From NCBI GenBank assembly GCA_051294375.1, contig CM119266.1:23260413-23324174 (forward strand): a DNA stretch of 63,762 bases, in the 5' to 3' direction. Positions 14,001-23,650 of this stretch are shown one piece after another. How positions within the stretch are numbered: the first letter of the stretch is position 1; each line of letters begins with the position of its first letter. Under the pieces are notes generated by a model. It worked only from the letters and a program-made list of their open reading frames with translations, ran no database searches and was not told the DNA's origin. A program made the translations under genes and the position numbers. This stretch comes from Paraspadella gotoi. Lineage: Eukaryota; Animalia; Chaetognatha.

Positions 14001-16756
14001 TTTTTTTTATATGGCTCTATACCCTAGTAATTATTTTTTTAATATTTATTTATAGATAGGAAAGGCCAAATATTTTTTTGACAAATTTTAAATTTTAAGA
14101 CCAGATTCAGATAGCTTATAAAAAGTTGTCTACACAAAGTATAATTTTTTTAAAAATATTTTTATGATAAGGTCAAAAATAAGAAAAATCGTAAAAAATT
14201 GTCATCATCATCATCTTTTAATGATTTTATCGGTTTTTTAAGATATTAACAGAGAAAATGTGAGAATTTTCAAAAACTGTAATTATGTTTCTCGTTTAAC
14301 TTTTTATGCTCTTTCAGAATCCATCAAAAATTTTCTTTATATGGTAATATAATAATTTTAATTAGGCTAAAACCCTCAGAAAAAAGAATTTTTGACAAAA
14401 AATATTTTAATACTATAATCTATGCTCATGATAAATTATTTTAACGCTGTATACATTAGCATTTAAATTTCATCGGCTATGGCTAATACTGTGGCTAAAT
14501 TTTCTGATAGAACGACTTCAGATTTGTTACCCTGGTACAAAAATAGCTGACGGTTTAATATTTTAACTCCCAATAGTCAAGACTGCTTATTTTCTTAGTT
14601 ATGTGATCAATGGAATGATCGAATTTTTAAAAAACAAATTTTTATACATTTTAGTAGGACTTTCTTGTTATAAGATATAATTTTTATGAAAAATATGTTT
14701 TAAATTGTTGGTTCATATTACCTATATAGACATTGGAGAATGTGTCTGAGCAATCTGAATATCAAAAGCTTTTTCACAACCACAATGACAGCCTTTTTCA
14801 TTTTATAGTTTTTCCAGTTAAAAAAAATCCGTGTAGATAAAAGTCGATTATATCTCCTAAACCACTTGACTGATTGTAATAAAATTTAGTTACATTGATT
14901 CCTTTTTTAACAAATTTTATTTTTTTTATATAATTTTTAAAAATGTATTTATAGAGTGTCTGGAATTTAAAGTTATAAAGTGGCGCGTTTTTCTTCCACC
15001 GGTAACCGATAGTACTTATAATTCATAAAACAGAATCATTTATTAGGGACGTCTGGCGTTAAGCGTCCGAGATAAAAATTAGCGAATAAAAAAGTTGTTA
15101 TTTTACTCACTGAATAAAAATACTTAAAATACTTACAAAATACGTAAAATTGATAAAATTATTATTGCAAAAACAATGTTTAATCACATGCACTACATCT
15201 AGTGCCTTTTTTTCATTGAAATCGATAGATATTAACTAAATATATTAGAATTAATTTTTACTTTTGATATAATAAGAGAACCATACTTCCGTCACTTGAT
15301 GTCGTCAGGTTAATAATATATATGCGTTGGAGGATTCCAAATCTGTTTTTAAAATTGACCTATGTAGACGCGCATAGACGCGATATGCCTTGAAAGCAAG
15401 TTGTTTGGTTTGGTTCCACCTAAATTTTTAGCTTCGGCCGAGTCAATTGGTAATAAAAAAATTGATTTTCTTTGATATCTTTTGAACCAAAAATGATAGA
15501 ACGATGAGACTGGTATCGTATTAAAGCCATAATTATGGAGCATCTTTTCCATATAATTTTTTTAAAATGTTTCAAGGGATTTTTTAAAAATCTTGATCGG
15601 AATCTTAGTCAAAAGTATAACAACTTTTGAAATTAAATTAAACACACTTGGCCACATTTAAAAAAATAAATAAATATAGATTCTGAAAGAGAAAAGATTA
15701 AATTAAAAGATTAAATTATGTTTATGATATAAACAAAAATTTTCTATACCTCAAATGTTTATATAATTACTAAAGATAATGATTATCATTTTGTTGAAAA
15801 CAAAAAAGTTTAAAAAATTCATGTAGGAACCTTAAAAAACATATTATTTAAATATGATAATTTAAGAGTTTAAACTTTGTTCCCCTGATTTAAAAACTAC
15901 TGACATAGGGCTAAAAGACTGTATTATCAGATTTTAAATTTTTAAGATTTAGCTGTGTCTACGAGGCCTGGGAGAAAAAATTTATCACAATTTTTTTTTA
16001 TTTTATGTCATAATGCTATCATAAAATAATTTTAATGCATCACGTTAGGTATCATACGAAAGCTAACGATGTCTGCTACATGACAGCACGTGAAAAAAAA
16101 AATTTCTTAATAAAAATAAAAAAATCACCAGACTACCCTACATTTATATTGTTTCAAAAATAAAAAATAAAAATTAAGAAAGACGAAGGCGATTTTAACA
16201 GGTAACTTCAACACGTGCGTTAACAAATTCCGTTTTGATTATTAGGGAGAAGGTTATTTGATCGATAAAAAGAAAAAGGTTAAAATCGTGCACACCGAAG
16301 AAGTCGTGGCTAAAGACGCGTTGCTCATGGCTCAAGAGTCAGTCGTAAAGTTCAAGGCGAAAACATTTTTAGCTCTTTATTCTTTAAGTCAGGTTAAAAG
16401 CGTCGAAATCGCTTCGCTTTTAAAAGAAGACATTTCATGCGTTTCTTCTTTTTCTCCAGGACGACTTTATGCGGTGGCTCATGGCACTGGCCGACGCGGG
16501 TCTCCTTCAAGACGATAAAAGGTCCGCCTTTGTCACGCTTTTCGAAACGGCGGACAAGCAGAGCGTCTCCGAAGTGATCGATTTGTCCACGACGACCGCG
16601 ACCTACGAGGAAGAGCAGAGGATCGAGGCATGGGTCAACTCATACTGGCTCAAGACGCAAATGGACATGGCGCGTTCCAGAAGGGAGAGGAACGGTAAAG
16701 ACTGTGAAGAAGATTCCTTGGGGGGTTTCTCAGTTTCAGATGAGAACATTGTTTGA
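5049..16756 (+). CDS. Spliced CNBD-family (CNG/HCN/KCNH-like) 6-TM ion-channel-like gene; 5' exon(s) not identified
   Basis: Phase-consistent GT-AG exons at 5049-5330, 10092-10549, 12589-12736, 13016-13203, 13336-13442, 16246-16392 and 16460-16756. Motifs in order: S2-S3 (IRSRLAYYD...KIHIHYIRKRFPWDFIALLP), pore (FYFIVNLGGNGRGDILPHNT), S6 (EMVFVALAIF), C-linker (HDRVQRYL...LNLTLKKDV), CNBD (LRQLSLCVREQLFLPGDTVIDIGE..FYIAKG...ALL...KAKTFLALYSL). Confidence 0.85.
6064..6650. mobile_element. MITE with TAAGGCG-type TIRs and an 8-bp TSD (hAT-like), copy 1; contains a SINE-like insertion
   Basis: Ends taaggcgtagtgaaa ... ttttactccgcctta. Flanks atacgcat / ttacgcat match at 7 of 8 bases. It is an inverted homolog of 7779-8389. 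Confidence 0.75.
6153..6300 (-). mobile_element. SINE-like retroposon 3' fragment
   Basis: Same sequence (aaagcctgtccaaagtcaggggcaagatagcttattta...gtaccaatttcata) as 20099-20179 and 39700-39975; here followed by a (TAAA)n-type tail. Confidence 0.6.
6817..7161. repeat. Long inverted duplication: arms 6817-6982 and 6996-7161 with a 13-nt spacer
   Basis: The arms are near-perfect reverse complements and include the 5' part of a family-B LTR. Confidence 0.9.
7422..7457 (-). ncRNA. Minimal type-I hammerhead ribozyme core at the 3' end of the Penelope element
   Basis: The minus strand reads CUGAUGA-A-GACUC-gaaacaua-GAGUC-GAAA-UAU-GUC. The 3' strand of stem I is absent. Confidence 0.7.
7779..8389. 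mobile_element. MITE with TAAGGCGTAGT TIRs and a perfect 8-bp TSD ATGTCCAT (hAT-like), copy 2
   Basis: TSD at 7771-7778 and 8390-8397; inserted in the PLE ORF. Confidence 0.88.
9905..9980 (+). ncRNA. Twister ribozyme (P5-type permutation), family B 3' LTR, with point mutations
   Basis: agcagt-taa-gagg-gc-cggg-gcgct-U|AA-ccc-gcc-[tgtaacac/gtgttaca]-g-cctga-tacgaagc-tcagg-g-actgct. The split 5' LTR copy retains the canonical GA and the loop tccgaagc. Confidence 0.72.
10623..10703 (-). ncRNA. Twister ribozyme (P5-type), family D, decayed
   Basis: cacccaag...ga-cgag-gcgtc-U|AA-ccc-agc-[tatagt/actaca]-g-cccga-tccgaagt-tcggg-aa-cttgtgtg, preceded by a tRNA-like segment with B-box gggttcgcgccc. 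Confidence 0.62.
10781..11695. mobile_element. Foldback/MITE with long imperfect TIRs (aagtgaggtacatag...ctatgtacctcactt)
   Basis: More than 100 bp of terminal inverted similarity. The centre shares sequence with the TAAGGCG MITEs. Confidence 0.75.
13468..15004. mobile_element. Degenerate TIR element (aaaaacgcgccacttt TIR core) containing a dispersed repeat (13913-14480) also found at 22028-23325
   Basis: Inverted match between ~13468-13522 and ~14948-15002. The internal repeat provides the empty site (aagttgtctacacaaag) for the family-A TRIM. Confidence 0.5.
15044..16140. mobile_element. MITE with TAGGG..GTCTGG TIRs and 7-bp TSD CATTTAT, copy 1
   Basis: tagggacgtctgg ... ccagactacccta; catttat at 15037-15043 and 16141-16147. 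Confidence 0.85.
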
Positions 16757-18696
16757 GCAGTGCTTAATCTCGACTTAATATTAACTCAATCCATATATCA
16801 AAAGATAAAAATAGAATAATAACTTTATTAAGTATTCAATATCCAATAATCATTGAAAAACGTGCATCAGAATGACAGAGAACCAAAATGCAGCAGCAGC
16901 AGTAGAGCTGATACGCAGCAACAGTAGCAGCAGATGCAGCAACAGAACCGAGACGCAGCATCAGCAGCAGCAGAGCCGAGACGCAGCAACAGCTCAAAGC
17001 TACATAAAAGCTTAAAATTAATTACCATATTCAAATAATTTTACAAATATCATTTAATACCTGATGGTCTCAGAGGAATCTCCCAAAAATTAAGAATTTA
17101 CTCCCCTTTTATATACAAGGACACAATTATTACAACCAATGAGAGGAGAATTCACATTTTAAGAATAAGATCAAAACATCTACTAGTTATTATTAACCAA
17201 TGAGAGACCAGATATTCAAATTCAAGGTATAAAATTCAACCAATTAGAGACTTTAAACAGAACTATTGGAGTCATTCAATTAAACTTCAAACTCAGATAT
17301 TTGAACCACTAAAAAATAAAAGGTCAGGGCTCAATTCAGATAAAAATCTTTATAAACTCTTTAACAGACTGATTGCTCAGTGCCGCTAATGATAATAATA
17401 AATGAATCAAAATCGGGAAACTCCTTAAATATTCATCATGTTACGAGGATTTTAATTGTTTTTTTCTAAAGTTGTAATTAAATACATTTTTAAAAAATAT
17501 TTTCAGAATTAAAAAAAAAATTAAATTAAAATTACAACAACGATTTTGAGCCTTTTTAATCATCGAAGCCCCCTTGTCCTCCATAAAACTTTATATCCAG
17601 CTGTCACACACTTTCCTACCCACACACAAAATTTCATTTCAATCCATCCATTAGAGTTTAATGCTAAGGTGGGGCTGACAATGTTTAATGCTGTTCCAGT
17701 TAAATTAACTTATTTTTTCGTTTGGCCAGCGCTAAGGAAACACTCAAACATCAATACGAGTTGTAACTGTTGCCTTCCCTGTAGAAAAAGGCGAGAAGGG
17801 GTTGATGTTACGAACCTTTCAAGTGGAACCCTCGGGCGGTAGCGCCAAGACGGAAGTGCAGGACGCTCGAACAACGAGCGACTGGCAGAATAAGTACGAG
17901 CACCCTTCTTCGGAGCTGACAAAAAGACGAGCGGAAGGTTCGTTGTAGTCCAGGCTTTAAAATTAATGAGAACCGTCGAGTTCAAGGTATTATATATATA
18001 TATATATATAATTTATATATATATTATATAGAAGCTCTTCCCGACGATCATGATCACTTATCTGTTAAGGGCTATTAAAAATTATTTAGTCTTTCATGAA
18101 ACAAGCCACTTTGACTTTCTGATTCTGTGACCACATTTTTACAAGAGTAAAACATGTGCATAATAATTAATTATCAATAACCTACCTTTTTGCTAAGATT
18201 AACTTGAATGACTGGGTTTTATATGAATCATACCGCTTTTACTTTTTGGTCTTTTGATCGTATTTTTAGGTAATTAACTAATTATGTAACACAATCATAT
18301 TATGTTAATTCAACGTTTTAGTACAAGCAAATCAAGGCCCAACTAAAAATTGATCATAGTTTCTGCGTATCACCTTTTGTGGTATTTGAAGTGTAAACAC
18401 TTTAAACCTACCCCGCTTATCAAAACATGATTAAACGATGTGGTCGTTATGCAAATTACTGCTTCCGCGCAGCTTGTCACAGTTGCAAAATAGGGCGACT
18501 GTCAAATACGTGCGCTCCGGGTTTTTTGAAATCTCTGTCAGCCTAGTGACTGAAGGTTGTAGGAATTAGGAAGTATGTATGTATGTATGATTGTGCATGG
18601 AGCAACCACGTTCCCTTTAGCCAGTAAGTGAGTAAGGGACATGGACTTGAAGAAATTCTGAGTATTTGGTGATTAGTTTTATTTTTTCCTAAACAG

Positions 18697-19257
18697 ATAC
18701 GACTACTGAACCGCAGTCAGGGAAGAACTCGAATGAGCAGGTTATGCTTGTTTTATACTTTTTAGTCATACTAATTTAACTGAGTGAGTTGTTGCAGTTG
18801 AATTTGACAGGTAATCGATATATTACGCTTATACACACATTTAATTTATTAACACTTGTTTAACGATTTTAAACATGTGATCATCTGTAAATATAATCAC
18901 TTTGAAAAAAGCTTATGCGGAGTAATATTTCGGAATTTCCATTCCATTTATGGGGACTTTTTAAAATTTCGTTTAGAAGCATCAAGAGAGATCATATTCC
19001 TTCAATCGGCCTCACTTGAACGACGGGACATCGAATAACTCCTCTCAGAATCCCTTTTCCTCGGAGGCTAGACGCTCCGACAATCCATTTGTGGAAGAAG
19101 AAAACTTGGAGAGTCTCTCGACGTCTGATAGGCGCAATCGCTTTGTCGGGCCCTTCCGATCGATCCATTCCGACGGCGTTCGGTCGCGGTTCAACTCATT
19201 GAAGAAAAGAGTCGCCATCAAGGATGAAGCAGAGGACGAAGTCGAAAATAATTTCAA
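18697..19257 (+). CDS. Possible coding exons (18697-18740, 18977-19257) of an unknown gene, or the 5' end of the downstream TMEM121-like gene
   Basis: AG/GT-bounded, phase-compatible, GC-richer open frames (KHQERSYSFNRPHLNDGTSNNSSQNPF...). No recognisable domain. Confidence 0.35.
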
Positions 19258-19616
19258 GTTTTAGGCTAATACATATAAAATTGATTTTCTCAAGCAGAAT
19301 AATAGTTGAAGCAACTGTCGATTCGTGGTATATCCTAATTAATTAATAATTTCACGATTGTTCGATTATAATGATAAATAAATCTGTATAATCGAGCGTA
19401 TCGAGGTATTTTACAGTTTTTGTTCGTTTTTTACAATCTTTAGTCAATAATGTTCCTGCTTCGATCGTCAACATTATGCGTCATTTCATCAAAGTGGGAG
19501 AAAGCGGCGGAGGCGTAACCGCTTCCTTTGTTACCGCTTCCTTTGCTTCCGCTCTTCAGTCAATCAAAATTCATTTACGTTCAGAACAGTGGAAATAGTG
19601 GTATTTCAACAGATGG

Positions 19617-21187
19617 TAGGGAAGTCTGGCGTTAAGCGTCCGAGATAAAAATTAGCGAATAAAAAAGTTGTTATTTTAGTGACTGTCTGGTGGTCCTATC
19701 ACCACAGATGGATTAAAGCTGTTTTTTTTCGCAGCGCCTCAGTGGCTCAGTGGACTAATGAACCATCCTAATGTGCGTCGCTGGTTCGAGCGCTGAGGTT
19801 GTCATGTAGAAAGTGGGATGGACCGGGAAACCCGCCTGTTGGCAAGGGCCTGCTGCCAGATCCAAAGCTCTGGACTACATGAACGTGCTGTCTCGCTGTC
19901 GCCACGAGGTGACACCGCTGCTGGTGTGGCGCCCTGTAAAACCAGCCTCTTCAAATGAATAAAAATACTTAAAATACTTACAAAATACATAAAATTGATA
20001 AAATTTTTATTGCAAAAACATTGGTCAATCACATGCAATATATCTAGTGCCTTTTTTTTCATTGAAATCAATAGATATTAACTAAAAATAAAAATAAAAA
20101 GCCTGTCCAAAGTCAGGGGCAAGATAGCTTATTTATGAAATGAATGGATAATTTTTATATTGGTTGTACCAATTTCATAGAACTAATTTTTCTTTTTGAT
20201 ATAATAAGAGAACCGAACTTCCGTCACTTGATGTCGTCAGGTTACTAGCAAATATGCGTTTGAGAATTTGAAAATAATGTTAAAAATTCTCTAAAATAAG
20301 CTTAATTTAAAGCTTATACAATGTAATTGTTATGCACTTAAAACAATAAAAAAATGCTTACCTAGTAAGGAGAAATTTGGTAAGGTAGAAAATATCAAAA
20401 TATGCAAATGAGATTATGCTTATTTTAATTTAAATTTTTGAGACCACCAACAGATAAAGTATGCTTTGGCTATTTTATGGTTAAAAAATCAATCCAATTC
20501 TTTTCATATTTTAGGTATAAATGACAATTAAATTTTGTTATAAAAATTTTGACCTGTAACAATTTTTTTTTTTAAACGATCGAAACTCATATATGTTGTA
20601 GAGCTACAGAAGACCCATCTATAACTGTAATTTAAAAGTATAATATTCACTACTATAATAGTTGTGACTGATTAAAAAAGTAATAAAACAAAACTTTCCC
20701 TCAAAACTGGGATACTTTTCGGAAGGGGGTAATCAAATTCCTCTACCCGATATGTTGCTCAAATTAAAACGAATTATCAACCTTCCTTAATTATATTTTC
20801 CACATTCTTTTCCTGGGTGCTCAAGTCAATTAATGAAAAAAATCAATTCTGACAAAAAATTGAATAAAAATTTTAAAATAAATGAATTTAAAAAAATTAT
20901 TTTCGTCAATATTTATGATACTGAAGATCAACATTGAGGAGTTATAGACAGAATATATCAAAATTTATTAGTCCCAATTATTACAAATGTAAAAGTAAGA
21001 TTTAGCTGTGTCTACGAGGCCTGGCAGAAAAAAAATTATCACAATTTTTTTTATGTCATAATGCTATCATAAAATAATTTTAATGCATCATGTGAGGTAT
21101 CATATGAAAGCTAACGATGTCTGCTTCATGACAGCACGTGAAAAAAACATTTTCTTAATAAAAATAAAAAATCTCCAGACTACCCTA
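19617..21187. mobile_element. MITE with TAGGG..GTCTGG TIRs and 7-bp TSD CAGATGG, copy 2; hosts a family-A solo LTR and a SINE fragment
   Basis: tagggaagtctgg ... ccagactacccta; cagatgg at 19610-19616 and 21188-21194; termini homologous to 15044-16140. Confidence 0.85.
19684..19953 (+). mobile_element. Solo LTR of twister/tRNA-like TRIM family A (twister at 19802-19882, slightly mutated)
   Basis: TG...CA ends; closely similar to LTRs 22238-22509 and 22695-22963; absent from the homologous site near 15110. Confidence 0.88.
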
Positions 21188-22357
21188 CAGATGGTAAATG
21201 AGTTACTCTCATAGTAAACCGCAAAAATCTGTATTTTTTACGTTTAAATAGAATGGAAATAATCGAGCGTCCTCTCTTATTGTGTAAATGAATATATCAA
21301 ATGAAAATTTAAAAATGGTGTGGCGGTTGTATATATTGTAAGAATCAGATTAAATTAAGTGAACAACCAAGGAGGCGATAACAGGTAAAGCATGATTATA
21401 AAAATGCACCAGAACTAGATTACAAGATTGATAAAACCTCAGGCTGTTTAAAAAATATGGTAGGACAAATAAAAACTGCTTGGCGCTTATCTCTTCACAC
21501 CTGTCTAATTCTGATTCTATCTGTTCTTTGGACGACTTTGACACTGGCTATTTTTTTTTCAGTGTCGATTAAAGTTTTTTGAGGGCAACCAGAAATGATA
21601 CGACGTAATAAACAATTTTTTATCATTGAAGAGGTTCAAATCGAAACTGACTAGTCGATATTTCTCAGAAATTGTTAATCTTTCACCTTTGATCGATAAT
21701 CAACGTATCTTTTGAGCTAAGGACCCAGCACCTAGAAGATTCGCAAGTGCCTGCTAATTGGTTCAACTTAAAAATTGTATTATTATTGACATCCGCGGTT
21801 TTTCATGATGGATATGAGACTCTTCGTTTGGGCTTCCATTTGTTGCCTTACTTGCTTCGCCCTCGTTTCTTATCAAGGTTTCGTTCTCAACAGTCTCTAC
21901 AATAGTTTGACCTCGAACAGGTACTAGAGAATGTTGTTTCTCCAATGAAACAATTTTTCGATTCCGTTCTCCAGCCTCTTTATTTGTTGTAAATTTGTGC
22001 CTGTTCGCTAGAGGTAGCCGCACTCAATGGGGTGAGTCAAAAATTTTGAGTGAGTACAAGCTCAAACGAAAATTTATACATTTTTAAGTATACTTTCAAT
22101 GGACAACAAATTTCTTATATTCTTATACCTTTGTAATTAATTTTTTAAATATTTATTTATAGATAGGAATGGCCAAAATTTTTTTTATAAATTTTTATTT
22201 TAAAGACCAGATTCAAATAGCTTATAAAAAGTTGTCTTCTGGTGGTCCTATCACCACAGATGGATTAAAGCTGTATACTTTACAGCGCTCCCTCAGGTGG
22301 CCTCAGTGGACTAATGCACCATCCCAATGTGCGTCCCTGGTTCGAGCCCTGAGGTTG

Positions 22358-22438
22358 TCATGTAGAAAGTGGGATGGACCGGGTAACCCGCCTGTAGGCA
22401 TGGGCCTACTGCCAGATCCAAAGCTCTGGACTACATGA
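22358..22438 (+). ncRNA. Twister ribozyme (P5-type permutation), family A 5' LTR; predicted cleavage 22384|22385
   Basis: P5 tcatgtag/ctacatga; gtgg-GA-TGGA; U|AA-ccc-GC-c; P3 gtaggc/gcctac; P4 ccaga/tctgg with loop TCCAAAGC; pseudoknots T1 UCCA:UGGA and T2 GC:GC. Matches the twister consensus order UAA..GCC..(P4)UCCYAAGC..GA-T1. Confidence 0.85.
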
Positions 22439-22746
22439 ACATGCTGTCTCGCTGTCGCCACGAGGTGACACCGCTGCGGGTGTGGCGCCCTGTAAAACCA
22501 GCCTCTACAATGGTGAGCCCGACGTGATCCCGAACACGCAACCCGGCATGATAATATCCTCTGCCCTTGATGTGGTTTGAGCTACACAGCTGCCACTCAA
22601 AGCAAGGCCACCAGAATGAAGAGAGGTTCAGCGGAGGAGCATGCGCTTCATCCCCCTGCTTCGTACTCTCATATGCGAGAGTCCTGGGGGCGGCTGTCTG
22701 GTGGTCCTATCACCACAGATGGATTAAAGCTGTTACTTTCACAGCG

Positions 22747-22808
22747 CCTCAGTGGCTCAGTGGACTAATGCACCATCCCAATGTGCGTCCCTGGTTCGAG
22801 CCCTGAGG
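22747..22808 (+). promoter_or_regulatory. tRNA-like internal Pol III promoter in the LTR (A box TGGCTCAGTGG 22753-22763, B box GGTTCGAGCCC 22793-22803)
   Basis: Consensus A and B boxes, closing stem cctcag/ctgagg, and a middle stem gcac/gtgc around catcccaat. It is not a complete canonical tRNA. Confidence 0.8.
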
Positions 22809-22811
22809 TTG

Positions 22812-22891
22812 TCATGTAGAAAGTGGGATGGACCGGGTAACCCGCCTGTAGGCATGGGCCTACTGCCAGATCCAAAGCTCTGACTACATGA
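22812..22891 (+). ncRNA. Twister ribozyme, family A 3' LTR; predicted cleavage 22838|22839
   Basis: Same as the 5' LTR copy except for one missing G at the base of P4. Confidence 0.8.
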
Positions 22892-23459
22892 ACATGCTGT
22901 CTCGCTGTCGCCACGAGGTGACACCTTCTGCGGGTGTGGCGCCCTGTAAAACCAGCCTCTTCAGTCTACAGAAAGTATAATTCTTTTTTAAATATTTTTA
23001 TGATAAGTAGGTCAAAAATAAGAAAAACCGTAAAAAATTGACATCATCATCATCTTTTGCTGATTTTGTTAAATTTTTACTAAGAAAACGTAAGAATTTT
23101 TAAAAGCTGCAATTATATTTCATGTTTAACTTTTTATACTCTATCTTTATATATTTATATAGTAATATGATAGTAATATAATATTATATAGTAATATAAT
23201 AATTAGGCGAGTACCCTCAGAAAAAATAACTTTTAACAAAAAATATTTTAATAGTATAATCTATGCTCATGATAGATGATTTTAACGTTGTATACATTAG
23301 CATTTAAATTTCATCGGCTATGGCTATCTTCGCAATAGATAGCGTTTTATATTAGCCGGATCTCCTTTTCGCAGATTCCTGGCCTATAGTACACTTTGTC
23401 GGTCCGTCGGTATCTTTTTGGTAAATCACTTATAATCTTTTAAACTCCAATTATCAAAC

Positions 23460-23492
<33 letters not shown>

Positions 23493-23650
23493 GATGTCCG
23501 TCCATCAGTCTGTATGTCCGTCCGTCTGACCGTCCAGCCCCACTTGGCATTAAAACCCAACTACTCGTGACTGTATAGATGGATTGAGTTGGAATTTTGT
23601 GTGTGAGTAGGAAAATGTGTCTTTGAGCTATTGTTAAGCCTGTTTCCCAG

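Larger units (their letters stand above)
22238..22963 (+). mobile_element. Complete twister/tRNA-like TRIM, family A: LTR 22238-22509, tRNA-Trp-like PBS 22511-22528, imperfect PPT ~22677-22693, LTR 22695-22963, TSD GTCT
   Basis: Two ~270-bp direct repeats; GTCT at 22234-22237 and 22964-22967; empty site in the paralogous repeat at ~14125; no meaningful coding capacity. Confidence 0.92.

Noticed and set aside
17783-17990. Purine tract followed by TGTTAC..., a possible PPT plus LTR start
   Set aside because: No second LTR, terminus, TSD or ribozyme motif was found.
22747-22808. Functional tRNA gene
   Set aside because: Too short, lacks a proper D-arm and 7-nt anticodon loop, and sits inside an LTR; treated as a tRNA-derived promoter.
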